Below, in pieces: positions 9,293 through 19,480 of a DNA stretch of 64,000 nt. The DNA is taken from the NCBI GenBank assembly GCA_964490765.1, contig CAZBDV010000001.1:145437-209436 (forward strand), read 5' to 3'. The notes beneath the pieces were generated by a model. That model was not told the DNA's origin, searched no databases, and worked only from the letters and a program-made list of their open reading frames with translations. The translations under genes were made by a program, and so were the position numbers. The stretch is from an uncultured Candidatus Cloacimonadota bacterium (GTDB taxonomy: Bacteria > Cloacimonadota > Cloacimonadia > Cloacimonadales > JAJBBL01). Within the stretch, counting starts at the first letter, position 1; every line of letters begins with the position of its first letter.

Positions 9293-10369
9293 TTGGTTAT
9301 AAAATCGATAAAATTAACCGATTTTCGCAATTTTTCCCACCTAAATCTAGATTTTGATGATAAAGGGAGTGTTTTTTACGGCAAGAACGGAATAGGGAAA
9401 ACCAATCTTCTGGAAGCTATCTCTTATTGTGCATACGGTAAGTCGCTTAGATCGTTAACCGATATTGATCTTATCAGGGTAAATCAGCCATTTTTTCAGA
9501 TCAGAGCAGTATTCATATACAAGGGGAAGAAGTTTCTATTAGAAGCTGCTCTGGACAGAAAAGGCCGTAAGCTGATAAAGGTTAATAATTCACGTTTAGC
9601 AAGGGTAAGCGAGCTCTACAAATATTTGAAGATTGTCTATTTTTCTCAGGATGATATAAATCTCATTGAAGGACCACCGAAAGCCAGGCGACAATTTTTC
9701 GACATGGCAATATCTCAGACTGAATATGCCTACATCGATCTCTTAAAGCGCTATTATCAGTTATTGAAGCAACGCAATGCCCTGTTAAAGACAGAATATT
9801 CGTCAACTGAGAAGCAGGCTTGGGACACTAGGTTAACGGATGTCGCAGTGAAAATTATCGATATGCGAATCTCATATCTTACGAGTTTAAACAGAGGCTT
9901 ACAGAAACATTACGAGAGTATCGGTTATACCTCTGAAGAAGTAGAGATAAGAAGCAACTTCTCTTTTCCCTATAGCTCTGATAAAGATCTCCTCGTGGTG
10001 TTCCGGTCAGAGATGCAAAGATTAGAAGAGGACGAAAGACGTTATCAGAGAACACTTCTTGGCCCCCATCTCGATGATTATCAATTTATCCTCAACAAAA
10101 GTAGTATTAATCGTTTTGGTTCTCATGGCCAGAAACGATGTCTTGCAATAGCAGTGAAACTATCTCTCGCTTCATTGATCAGTTCATCGGATCCAACGAT
10201 ACTGATCTTTGATGATGTCCTTGCAGATCTTGATGAACAGAGGGCAAAATCAATAATCGAATCACTGGGGAGTAACAATCAGATTTTCATTGCTACTCCT
10301 ACCCCATCTCTTTATAAAAGCATGGATTTACCCTTTATCGATATCGCGCAAATCGGTGACAGAACATGA
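9293..10369 (+). CDS. recF: DNA replication/repair protein RecF
   Basis: TTG start 2 nt after the dnaN stop. Walker A GKNGIGKTNLLEAI. ABC/SMC-type signature and D-loop region (LIFDDVLADLD). Confidence 0.9.
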   Translation: MVIKSIKLTDFRNFSHLNLDFDDKGSVFYGKNGIGKTNLLEAISYCAYGKSLRSLTDIDLIRVNQPFFQIRAVFIYKGKKFLLEAALDRKGRKLIKVNNSRLARVSELYKYLKIVYFSQDDINLIEGPPKARRQFFDMAISQTEYAYIDLLKRYYQLLKQRNALLKTEYSSTEKQAWDTRLTDVAVKIIDMRISYLTSLNRGLQKHYESIGYTSEEVEIRSNFSFPYSSDKDLLVVFRSEMQRLEEDERRYQRTLLGPHLDDYQFILNKSSINRFGSHGQKRCLAIAVKLSLASLISSSDPTILIFDDVLADLDEQRAKSIIESLGSNNQIFIATPTPSLYKSMDLPFIDIAQIGDRT

Positions 10370-11598
10370 GTTTAAACAAGAGTGTTTTTGGCTGGGTGAT
10401 GTATGATTTCGCCAATTCATCATTCACCACAATTATCGTCAGTGTGATATACAGTGTATATTTCCGGAATGTTGTAGTAGGCTCAGAAGAGTTAGGTACA
10501 GCTCTCTGGGGTAGAGCAGTCAGTATCTCAATGCTCATGGTCGGTATATCTGCTCCGGTTTTTGGTGCTATTGCCGACTATTCAAGATCGAAGAAAAAAT
10601 TTCTTTTTATCAATACCTATATCTGTGTACTTTTCACTAGCCTGCTTTATTTTGTATCCGAAGGTGATATCTTTAAAGGGATGTTCTTTTTTATCATTGC
10701 CAACTTCGGTTACAACAGTGCAAATGTCTTCTATAACTCATTTTTACCTGAAATTACTGAACGTTCCAATATGGGCAAAGTCTCAGGATGGGGCTGGGGA
10801 GTAGGATATGTAGGGGGATTACTATCTCTCTTTCTCGCACTATATTTGGTAGAAATTGATATCAGGTTGGTATATCCAGCAATTGGGTTATTTTTCGGAA
10901 TATTTGCTCTCTTTACCTTCTTCTGGTTGAGAGAATTCCAGAGACCATCGAAACGGACTAATTATTTGAAGGTTGCTTATAACCGTATAAGTTATACTTG
11001 GAAGAATATCAGCCGTTTTAAACAACTGAGCCGCTTTATTGTGAGTTACTTCATCTATAACGATGGTATTATTGTAGTAATCAGTTTTGCTGCTATCTAC
11101 GGAGCAACCAGGTTCGGGATGTCACCACAACAGATGATTATTTACTTTATCATCGCTCAATTGACTTCTATACTAGGGGCCTTTTCTTTCGGATATATTC
11201 TGGATCGCATTGGGTGTAAAAAGACAATTACGATTACACTCCTTATCTGGATAGTTGTAGTTTTAGGTGCTTTCTTCTCTCGCGACGTCACGGATTACTA
11301 TTTTGTGGGAGTCCTGGCCGGTATAGCTATTGGTTCCAGTCAATCAAGCAGTAGAACCATGCTTGCACTCTTGACCCCGTCGCTCAAGATGACAGAATTC
11401 TTTGGATTCTATGCATTGACAGGAAAACTCGCTTCGATTTTTGGACCTCTTGTTTATGGAGAGATAGCGAGGATAACAGGCTCTCAACGCTGGTCATTGA
11501 TAGCTATAATGTTCTTTTTTATAACAGGCGGAATAATCTTACAGACGGTAAACGAAACTGCTGGAAGGAGAGTTGCTGAAGATTGGAAAGAAGATTGA
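10366..11598 (+). CDS. MFS transporter, UMF1/Atg22-like family
   Basis: 410 aa and multi-TM. The N-terminal WVMYDFANSSFTTII motif is characteristic of this family. 4-nt overlap with recF. Confidence 0.7.
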   Translation: MSLNKSVFGWVMYDFANSSFTTIIVSVIYSVYFRNVVVGSEELGTALWGRAVSISMLMVGISAPVFGAIADYSRSKKKFLFINTYICVLFTSLLYFVSEGDIFKGMFFFIIANFGYNSANVFYNSFLPEITERSNMGKVSGWGWGVGYVGGLLSLFLALYLVEIDIRLVYPAIGLFFGIFALFTFFWLREFQRPSKRTNYLKVAYNRISYTWKNISRFKQLSRFIVSYFIYNDGIIVVISFAAIYGATRFGMSPQQMIIYFIIAQLTSILGAFSFGYILDRIGCKKTITITLLIWIVVVLGAFFSRDVTDYYFVGVLAGIAIGSSQSSSRTMLALLTPSLKMTEFFGFYALTGKLASIFGPLVYGEIARITGSQRWSLIAIMFFFITGGIILQTVNETAGRRVAEDWKED

Positions 11599-11618
11599 AC
11601 ATTATCTTCGTATGATTT

Positions 11619-12455
11619 TTATATCTTCTCTAACCACAAATTAACTGCTTCAGAGAATCCATCTGATTCATTAGCTGCTACTGTTTGATATCGTTTTTTC
11701 AATTCTTCAGGAGCATTTTCAACGACAAAGCTACTAGCAGACAGGTCCAGCATATCTACATCGTTAAAATCGTTACCGATCACCATACAGTCCTGTTGTT
11801 TGCAGTTTAATATCGCAGCCAGATAATCTGTTGCATGGCCTTTTGAAACCTCAGGTGCATAAATCTCCAGCCAGAGTGAACTATTCAGCAAGGGTGAGGT
11901 TGTTTTGATTATTGAGAGCATAAGATCTTTACTTCTCACAAATTCATTGATCACAGTAAATTTACTGGAAGGGAGAATCGATAGAAACTGAGTTGAAGGT
12001 AGATGTACATGTGCTGAGTAATTGAATGGCTGAGCAAACGGATTATATAGTTCCAACCGTTGTTGAAAATCGGGTGGTGTACCATTCCCTTCGTAATAGT
12101 AGAAAAAATGACTCTCCGGTATCTCCCGGTGGAGCATGAAATTGATCTTATTCTCGATCAGGATCTCAGCATACTCCCTTACAGTTTTTTTGGGGATATT
12201 ACGTGCCAGCAGCAATTCCTTCTTTTCCCAGTTCATAATTCCTGCACCGGTAGAGAATATCAGGTAATCGATTGGGAAATCATCACCCAGGACTTTTCTT
12301 GCAGAGTATAGAGAACGACCTGTGACTACAACTCTGACAACTCTTCTATTCCCCAGATACACTAGTGTATCGTAATTCTTCCTGCTCAGTTTCCACTCAT
12401 TGTCGAGTAGAGTTCCATCAAGGTCAGTAAAAACTATACTTCCCATATTTATCAC
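11619..12455 (-). CDS. HAD-IIB (Cof-type) phosphatase/hydrolase
   Basis: Motif I FTDLDGTLL. Motif IV GNDFNDVDML. 278 aa. Confidence 0.8.
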   Translation of the reverse strand: MINMGSIVFTDLDGTLLDNEWKLSRKNYDTLVYLGNRRVVRVVVTGRSLYSARKVLGDDFPIDYLIFSTGAGIMNWEKKELLLARNIPKKTVREYAEILIENKINFMLHREIPESHFFYYYEGNGTPPDFQQRLELYNPFAQPFNYSAHVHLPSTQFLSILPSSKFTVINEFVRSKDLMLSIIKTTSPLLNSSLWLEIYAPEVSKGHATDYLAAILNCKQQDCMVIGNDFNDVDMLDLSASSFVVENAPEELKKRYQTVAANESDGFSEAVNLWLEKI

Positions 12456-12591
12456 CCGAATTTTTTATACTCTGCAAACAACCTGTCAACTGTTAGTCCT
12501 GTCAAGCACCATTTTATCTAATCCTGCAGAGAAATGTTAACCGCCAGTAAGTATCTATAATCAATATAATTATTCAGTCCCGGGAAACTTA

Positions 12592-12620
12592 TTGACATAG
12601 AAAATACAGCATAGGATAAT
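12592..12620 (+). promoter_or_regulatory. Sigma70-like promoter (TTGACA-N17-GATAAT)
   Basis: TTGACA at 12592-12597, a 17-nt spacer, GATAAT at 12615-12620. Lies about 75 nt upstream of small ORF 12695. Confidence 0.5.
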
Positions 12621-12694
12621 ATGTTGAATATCATATAGAAATAAATGATGACTTCAAGTTCGAGCGCAGAAAACTGCAATCTACAGGAGGTAAA

Positions 12695-12892
12695 ATGATG
12701 AGCAAAAATCTAAAGACACGTGTGAAAGAAGGTCTTTATCAACTCATCCTCTCTATCTGTCTTCTAATTTTGATCGCAATCATCAGATCTTACGAATCTG
12801 ACGATATTCTAACATTGATACGCTGGGTATTAATTATTATTTTCTTAATTCTGGCTTATAATTTATACCGCTGGTTGACAAAAGATGAATAG
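12695..12892 (+). CDS. Small two-TM membrane protein, uncharacterised
   Basis: 65 aa. Strong SD (CAGGAGGTAAA-ATG). Two hydrophobic helices. Has its own promoter-like site. Confidence 0.5.
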   Translation: MMSKNLKTRVKEGLYQLILSICLLILIAIIRSYESDDILTLIRWVLIIIFLILAYNLYRWLTKDE

Positions 12893-13020
12893 TCAGGTCA
12901 TTCACTCAAATCATAGCTTACTTACTGATTGAAGTCCATCTGGTATGAAGGTTAAAGTCAAAAGATGATTGACAAAATCGTCTCTGATATATTGATGAAC
13001 AAAAATCTTAAGGACTGTCT

Positions 13021-13842
13021 ATGTACTATCGTAATGAATTACAGAGAATATTGAAAGATGAGAAGAATATAGTCAACCGGATGTACATGAATGAGATTTC
13101 TCTTCAGCTCCGCAAACTGGAGAAGTCTCTGGCGAAGTCACCGGAAGAAGAGGATTATTTTCCGGTTGTTGCTGCAACAACGACCAACTTTACCAAGCAT
13201 CTGGAGAACCCCAAATATCAATATAATCGGAACACAAAAAATGGCTTTCGCAAAAACTCTGTGATTCTCTCTGCTCTCTATCTGGATGATCTTATAAATT
13301 CCTTGTTTGCCAATCAGAAGATATTGAGCAACAAGGGGGTAGTTTGGGGTCGGCAATCTTTCAGTATGAATCTGACCTTCAATCCTTATAATCTCAGTAT
13401 CATGGAGAAAGATCTCTGCTTTGACTATAAACAATCCCCCACTCTACTACAATTGACCCAGAAGATCGATTTTCAGTTTCGCGTCAGTGGTAGGAAGACT
13501 TATCAGAAATTTGAGATAACCTTTCCTCTTCTTATCTTCCATACCTGTAAGAACCTTTATGATGAAGACCTAATTAAGATCGAGCACTATGCAAATAAGG
13601 CACATGGAAGTTTGAACAAATCTCGAACCTTCGTCATCTGTGAATCTATTGATCCCAATGTTCTCCCGGAGGTCAAGTGTTCTTATATCGACACACTCTT
13701 CATTTTAAGGAAACAAAAAGTTGGTGGTAACAACGAAATTTCAGCTGAGGTTTTAAGAGCGATATACGACAAGATCAATGAGTATTTATATTTAGGTGAG
13801 AGCGAGATCGAACTATTTGAGAGAACCGGTTACATAACATAA
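13021..13842 (+). CDS. Hypothetical protein (no recognisable family)
   Basis: 273-aa ORF. A TTGACA box at 12969-12974 lies upstream. It ends 21 nt before hutU. I could not assign any convincing motif. Confidence 0.55.
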   Translation: MYYRNELQRILKDEKNIVNRMYMNEISLQLRKLEKSLAKSPEEEDYFPVVAATTTNFTKHLENPKYQYNRNTKNGFRKNSVILSALYLDDLINSLFANQKILSNKGVVWGRQSFSMNLTFNPYNLSIMEKDLCFDYKQSPTLLQLTQKIDFQFRVSGRKTYQKFEITFPLLIFHTCKNLYDEDLIKIEHYANKAHGSLNKSRTFVICESIDPNVLPEVKCSYIDTLFILRKQKVGGNNEISAEVLRAIYDKINEYLYLGESEIELFERTGYIT

Positions 13843-13863
13843 ACAAATACGAGGAGTAATGAA

Positions 13864-15861
13864 GTGATAGAATTCAGCATCGATAGAACAATCCCTGAAA
13901 CGAAGAAATTTAAGCCTGGTATAAGACGAGCCCCCCATAGAGGTTTTAAATTATCGGAAAAAGATACAAAGACAGCTCTCAAGAACGCATTACGCTACAT
14001 ACCGGTCGAACACCATGAGTCGATAGCTCCGGAGTTTTTGGAAGAGTTGATGACCACCGGACGTATTTACGGGTATAGATACCGTCCTGATGGAAATATC
14101 AAAGGTAAACCGATCGATGAGTATAAAGGCATTCTTGAAGGGCGTGCCCTGCAGGTTATGATAGATAATAACCTTGATTTCGACGTTGCTCTTTATCCCT
14201 ATGAACTGGTTACATATGGAGAAACCGGGCAGGTTTTTCAAAACTGGATGCAGTATCAGCTGACCAAAAAGTATCTGCAGGCAATGACGAATGAACAGAC
14301 ACTGGTAATGAGTTCGGGCCATCCTCTCGGCCTCTTCCCCTCTTCGATCAACGCACCACGAGTAATATCGACTAATGGTTTGATTATCGGTCAATGGGAT
14401 AACCCTGACAATTTCCATCGTCTCGCCGCTTTAGGGGTATCGAATTATGGTCAGATGACAGCAGGTGGCTGGATGTATATCGGACCTCAAGGTATTGTTC
14501 ACGGGACCTACATAACCCTTTTAAATGCAGGACGCAAATATCTCGGAATAGCCCCGGACGAGGATCTCAAAGGTATTGTGTTTGTCTCTTCTGGCCTGGG
14601 TGGAATGTCAGGAGCACAGGCCAAAGCAATTGAGATCTCCGGTGGAATAGGAATCATAGCTGAAGTAGATAGAAGTAGAATCGAAACTCGTCATTCTCAG
14701 GGTTGGGTAAGCAAAGTCTCGAGTAATCTTGATGAAATTGCCAGATTGATCGAAGAATACAGGGAATCTAAGAAGGCAGTCTCAATTGCCTACCACGGCA
14801 ATATAGTCGATCTTCTGGAATATCTTGACCGGAAGGAGATAAACATAGAGTTGATCTCCGACCAGACATCCTGCCATGCTGTATATGAAGGGGGTTATAC
14901 CCCTGTAGGCCTCACCTATGAAGATGGCAGAATTTTGATGCAAAACGATTATCCGGCCTTTAAACAGAGAGTAAATGTATCTTTACAGCGACATTATAGC
15001 GTTATTAAGAATCTGACCGATAAAGGATCATTCTTCTGGGATTATGGCAACAGTTTTATGGCTTCCGTATTTGAAGCAGGAGTAAAAGAAATAGCGAAAA
15101 ACAGAAATGATACCAATGACGGTTTTATCTGGCCATCCTATGTTGAAGACATAATGGGTCCGATCTGTTTTGATCAGGGTTATGGACCGTTTCGCTGGGT
15201 CTGTTTGAGCGGCAAATCTGAAGATTTACGTATTACTGATCAGGCAGCTCTGGATTGCATAGACCCGAAACGTAATGCTAATGATCGGGATAATCATCAT
15301 TGGATTGCAACGGCAGATGAGAACAGACTGGTTGTTGGTACACAGGCAAGGATACTCTATGCAGATGAGTTGGGACGAGTCAGGATTGCCCTTAAATTCA
15401 ATGATCTGGTGAGGAAACATATCATCGGTCCTGTTATGCTCGGCAGAGATCATCATGATGTTTCCGGAACCGATTCACCATTCAGGGAAACAGCTAATAT
15501 ATATGATGGTAGTAACATTACAGCCGATATGTCAACCCACTGTTTTGGCGGTAATATTGCCAGAGGAATGACACTTGTTGTCCTCTCCAATGGTGGTGGT
15601 GTTGGTATTGGCCGTGCCAGCAATGGTGGTAATGGTATCGTACTCGATGGAAGCTCCAGGATAGATGATGTAATAAAGAAGGGACTCTCCTGGGATGTTA
15701 TGGGTGGAGTAGCCCGTCGAGCCTGGGCAAGGAATCAGAATGCTCTAGACACAATAACTGAATGGAATTCTGTTAATACTGGCACCGGGCATATCACTGA
15801 GCCTTTTTTACCAGACGAAGATTTTATCGAAAATATTGTTAAACAGCACTATCCCCAATAA
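13864..15861 (+). CDS. hutU: Urocanate hydratase (long form)
   Basis: GTG start with SD GAGGAG. Motifs GGWMYIGPQGIVHGTY, GLGGMSGAQ and RDHHDVSGTDSPFRET are typical of urocanase. Confidence 0.9.
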   Translation: MIEFSIDRTIPETKKFKPGIRRAPHRGFKLSEKDTKTALKNALRYIPVEHHESIAPEFLEELMTTGRIYGYRYRPDGNIKGKPIDEYKGILEGRALQVMIDNNLDFDVALYPYELVTYGETGQVFQNWMQYQLTKKYLQAMTNEQTLVMSSGHPLGLFPSSINAPRVISTNGLIIGQWDNPDNFHRLAALGVSNYGQMTAGGWMYIGPQGIVHGTYITLLNAGRKYLGIAPDEDLKGIVFVSSGLGGMSGAQAKAIEISGGIGIIAEVDRSRIETRHSQGWVSKVSSNLDEIARLIEEYRESKKAVSIAYHGNIVDLLEYLDRKEINIELISDQTSCHAVYEGGYTPVGLTYEDGRILMQNDYPAFKQRVNVSLQRHYSVIKNLTDKGSFFWDYGNSFMASVFEAGVKEIAKNRNDTNDGFIWPSYVEDIMGPICFDQGYGPFRWVCLSGKSEDLRITDQAALDCIDPKRNANDRDNHHWIATADENRLVVGTQARILYADELGRVRIALKFNDLVRKHIIGPVMLGRDHHDVSGTDSPFRETANIYDGSNITADMSTHCFGGNIARGMTLVVLSNGGGVGIGRASNGGNGIVLDGSSRIDDVIKKGLSWDVMGGVARRAWARNQNALDTITEWNSVNTGTGHITEPFLPDEDFIENIVKQHYPQ

Positions 15862-15875
15862 TAGAGTCAGAGACC

Positions 15876-16775
15876 ATGAGTGTAAAGAAGATACTTGTCC
15901 CTCTAATTGTTCTGATCGTCGTTTTTGTGATCTGGTTCAATCAGAACCTCTTTCGAGAACATCGCTCTGAGGTTCCTGTAGAGATAAGAATCCTTGATCT
16001 ACCGGAAGATATGGTGGTAACAGAAATTTATCCAGAAGAGATCGAGTTAATAGTCGAAGGACGAGGTATTGATATTTACCGGTTTAACAAATCTCTTTAT
16101 TATCTTAGTATTAGTTATAACGAACTGAGTCTCGGCAATAATGAACTGACGCTAACAGAACAGTATCTCTATCTTGATGAACCACAGAATAATACGGGTT
16201 TAAGATTTCACCTGAACCGTAGAGTAACGGTTGTCATCGATCATAGTATTATCCGGCAGGTTTCTGTTGAATTGAGATATATGACCGAAGATGACGAATT
16301 CTATTTCCAGCAGCGAAATGTCGGAGTTCAACCCCAGGAAGTCGAAATTGTCGGGCCGAATAATCTCGTCTCAGAGATAACGTCAATTACAACCGTCCCC
16401 TTAAGTAGAGACATGATTGAACAATCGGCCGGATTGACTGTTGACCTGGAGATACCTGAAGGCATACTTGGTATTAAGCCGGATGTAGTTTCAATCACCC
16501 TGGAAAGCCTGTCAATTATTACCAGGACAATTCCCCTGATCAATATTGACTATCCGCAAGAGAAGCTTTCTATGATCATTCCCCAGGCAGTGACGGTTAA
16601 AATCGAAGGACCGGCCGATAGAATTCAACGCATCAGACCGCAGATGATCTCTGCTTATATCAGTATCCCGGAAGACTACGAATACGACTTTGCGAATATT
16701 CAGTTCAGATTACCTGACGATATCAAATTAGTAGAATTTACCCCGGAGAGGGTGCAGATATTTCATCATGAGTGA
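15876..16775 (+). CDS. YbbR-like domain membrane-anchored protein
   Basis: N-terminal TM helix followed by repeated approximately 80-aa segments of the type VPVEIRILDLPEDMVVTEIYPEEIELIVEG. Confidence 0.55.
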   Translation: MSVKKILVPLIVLIVVFVIWFNQNLFREHRSEVPVEIRILDLPEDMVVTEIYPEEIELIVEGRGIDIYRFNKSLYYLSISYNELSLGNNELTLTEQYLYLDEPQNNTGLRFHLNRRVTVVIDHSIIRQVSVELRYMTEDDEFYFQQRNVGVQPQEVEIVGPNNLVSEITSITTVPLSRDMIEQSAGLTVDLEIPEGILGIKPDVVSITLESLSIITRTIPLINIDYPQEKLSMIIPQAVTVKIEGPADRIQRIRPQMISAYISIPEDYEYDFANIQFRLPDDIKLVEFTPERVQIFHHE

Positions 16776-17784
16776 TTTCAATATTCTGGCTATCGAAACT
16801 TCCTGTGACGATACATCGGTTGCTGTAGTTGATTCCGAGTATAGAGTTCTGGCAAATCTGACTTCGACACAGGATATCCATCAGCAATATGGCGGTGTAG
16901 TCCCTGAATTGGCTTCCCGGCTTCATATAAAATATCTGATGCCCCTGGTTGCTGACTGTCTTAAAAAAGCCGGTATTACTATCAAAGATATAGATGCTGT
17001 AGCAGTTGCAATCAATCCAGGTCTTATCGGCAGCTTGCTTGTCGGCACCTCATTTGCCAAAAGCTTGGCTTATAGCCTGTCTAAGCCACTCATAGCCGTT
17101 AATCATATGCTGGGTCATGTGTATGCCAATAAGCTTACACATCCCCACCTGGTACCACCCTATCTTGCTCTGGTGGTTTCCGGTGGTCATACAGAACTGG
17201 TATTCTTCTCCAATCAGAGAGAGTTCAAGATAGTTGGTCGAACTCAGGATGACGCAGCAGGTGAGGCTTTTGATAAAATTGCCAAGTTGCTTGGCCTGGG
17301 CTTTCCCGGTGGCCCTATTATTGATAAACTGGCCAGTGAGGGAAATCCGCAATTCGTTAAGTTTCCCAGAGGAATGAATAAAAAAGATAATTACAATTTC
17401 AGTTTCAGTGGCCTGAAAACTGCAGTACTCAACTATCTCGAAGATAAAGATCCCGAGTACATAAAAGAGCATCTGGCAGATATTGCTGCCTCAGCACAGA
17501 TGGCTATTGTTGAACCTCTCGTTACTAAGACTCTACGCTTTGCCCGTAATAACAACATCATGTATGTCGTTCTGGCTGGTGGTGTATCAGCAAATTCTCT
17601 CCTCCGCAGATTAATGCAGGAGGAGACAGCTAACATCTCAGCGAATCTATATTATCCCGATCTCCAGTACTGTATGGATAATGCTGCTATGATCGGAGCA
17701 GCTGCAGTTGATAAATATAAGAACGGAGACTTTGCTTCGCTTGATCTTAATCCTTTCCCCACAAAAGGACTGCGAGTCGTATAG
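16768..17784 (+). CDS. tsaD: tRNA N6-adenosine threonylcarbamoyltransferase
   Basis: ILAIETSCDDTSVAVV N-terminus. HMLGHVYA and SGGHTE motifs. 338 aa. Confidence 0.9.
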   Translation: MSDFNILAIETSCDDTSVAVVDSEYRVLANLTSTQDIHQQYGGVVPELASRLHIKYLMPLVADCLKKAGITIKDIDAVAVAINPGLIGSLLVGTSFAKSLAYSLSKPLIAVNHMLGHVYANKLTHPHLVPPYLALVVSGGHTELVFFSNQREFKIVGRTQDDAAGEAFDKIAKLLGLGFPGGPIIDKLASEGNPQFVKFPRGMNKKDNYNFSFSGLKTAVLNYLEDKDPEYIKEHLADIAASAQMAIVEPLVTKTLRFARNNNIMYVVLAGGVSANSLLRRLMQEETANISANLYYPDLQYCMDNAAMIGAAAVDKYKNGDFASLDLNPFPTKGLRVV

Positions 17785-17922
17785 ATATTTTTTCGACCCT
17801 CCAACTGCCGAATTCTGTCAGTTTCTTCTCAGATAATTATTTCTGATGGAATAAAATTGAAAATGAGCACGGCAATAATGGACTGAGTATTATATCCCTG
17901 TTCTACTTATAGGCAGATCTAC

Positions 17923-17941
17923 AGTCGGAACCCTGCCGACT
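17923..17941. repeat. Palindromic element AGTCGGAACCCTGCCGACT (copy 1 of 2)
   Basis: A 6-bp stem AGTCGG/CCGACT in the tsaD-panD intergenic region. Nearly identical to the core of the hairpin at 42843-42880. Confidence 0.5.
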
Positions 17942-18132
17942 ATAGGGCTGCTTAATGTATGGCTAATGATACCTGGCTGATAAAACTTTGATAGATCAAC
18001 CAGAAATCCGAGTTTAATCTATCAGGGGAAGTGGTAGAGTAAATGTAATTAGCATTGACAGAGATAAAAATTGGTTTACAAGTATTTAGAGTTGAAATGT
18101 TTGGAAGAAAAATAGAGATAAATGGAGGTTAT

Positions 18133-18489
18133 ATGCTCAGAACTGCTTTAATCGCGAAAATACATCGAGCTACAGTAACAGAAACCAAACTCGATTATTC
18201 AGGAAGTCTTACTATAGATATGGACCTGCTCGATAAGGCAGGGATCAAGCCCTTTGAAAAGATTGAGGTCTATAATATGAGCAACGGAGCGAGGTTTTCC
18301 ACTTACGCCATTAAGGGTGAAAGGGACAGCGGGATTATTGGTGTTAATGGTGCTGCAGCAAGATTAGCATATCCTGGTGATCAGATCATTATTGCTGTTT
18401 ATGGAATGATGAATGAGGAAGAACTCGACAGGAATAAACCGAAGATACTGATTATGAACAGAGAAAATAAAGTAGAAAAGATAATCTGA
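18133..18489 (+). CDS. panD: Aspartate 1-decarboxylase
   Basis: MLRTALIAKIHRATVTE...YSGSLTID (self-processing G-S site). SD GGAGG lies 6 nt upstream of the ATG at 18133. The longer track ORF (18055) begins at a TTG that is part of a TTGACA box. Confidence 0.9.
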   Translation: MLRTALIAKIHRATVTETKLDYSGSLTIDMDLLDKAGIKPFEKIEVYNMSNGARFSTYAIKGERDSGIIGVNGAAARLAYPGDQIIIAVYGMMNEEELDRNKPKILIMNRENKVEKII

Positions 18490-18498
18490 GACCAGCCG

Positions 18499-19338
18499 AT
18501 GTTAATCATAAAAACTAAACAAGAGATGCAAGATAAAGCATATCAGTTACGCAAAGCGGGGAAAACTATAGGTTTTGTTCCAACGATGGGCTATTTGCAT
18601 GCAGGCCATCTCCAGCTGGTAGAGGAGGCGAGAAAAAAAACGGATATCGTTATCGTCAGTATATATGTGAACCCCACTCAATTCAGCCAGAACGAAGATT
18701 TTTCCCGTTATCCACGAGATCATGGGCGTGACCTGAAATCACTTGCTGCAGAGCAAACTGATATTGTCTTTCTACCCGAGGAGAAATCAATATATAATCG
18801 GGATCATTTAACCTGGGTCGAGGTGGATAGAATGAGTAACCTCCTCTGTGGTAAAAGCCGGAAAGGACATTTCAGGGGCGTTACTACTGTAGTTTTAAAA
18901 CTCATCAACTTAGTAAGTCCCGATTATATGTTTATGGGTGAGAAAGATTATCAACAGTTAGTTATCCTGGAAAAGATGGTAGAAGACCTAGATCTGCCGG
19001 TAAAGATCGTTCGCTGCCCGACTGTCAGAGAAGAAGATGGTTTGGCTATGAGTTCCCGTAACAGTTATCTCTCTGCTGAAAATAGAAAAAATGCGGCTTC
19101 TCTATATCATGCACTGACCCAGGCCAGAGACTCATACCGTAAAGGGGTTGTGGATTCAAAGAGGATAATTTCAGAGATCAGCCTGTATATAGAAAACAGA
19201 AGCGGCAAGATAGATTATGTCGATGTTGTTGATAGCAGAACACTGACCTCTCTCCCGCAGTTAGAAAAGGGCTGTCGCATTACTTTAGCGGTTTTTTTTG
19301 ACGAGACAAGGTTGATTGATAACATAGAAGTCTCTTGA
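18499..19338 (+). CDS. panC: Pantoate--beta-alanine ligase
   Basis: GFVPTMGYLHAGHLQLV (HIGH-like motif). 279 aa. Adjacent to panD. Confidence 0.9.
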   Translation: MLIIKTKQEMQDKAYQLRKAGKTIGFVPTMGYLHAGHLQLVEEARKKTDIVIVSIYVNPTQFSQNEDFSRYPRDHGRDLKSLAAEQTDIVFLPEEKSIYNRDHLTWVEVDRMSNLLCGKSRKGHFRGVTTVVLKLINLVSPDYMFMGEKDYQQLVILEKMVEDLDLPVKIVRCPTVREEDGLAMSSRNSYLSAENRKNAASLYHALTQARDSYRKGVVDSKRIISEISLYIENRSGKIDYVDVVDSRTLTSLPQLEKGCRITLAVFFDETRLIDNIEVS

Positions 19339-19480
19339 TTAGTTAGGGTATAAGGCATAATTGTTTGCATATTACTTTAAATTACATAGCATAACTACTT
19401 CATTATGAGTTATATATAAAATAGTTAACCCCCGGTGTTAGGGCATGGTTTGTAAGAGATTATTGTAAAATAGAGTAGAG

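Noticed and set aside
13021-13842. Possible PD-(D/E)xK nuclease motif (ESID...EVK) in the 273-aa ORF
   Set aside because: The spacing is atypical, there is no adjacent methyltransferase, and the match rests on a few residues. That is not enough to call.
18055-18132. N-terminal extension of panD
   Set aside because: The start is a TTG that belongs to a TTGACA box. PanD homologues begin at MLRT, and that ATG has a GGAGG SD.
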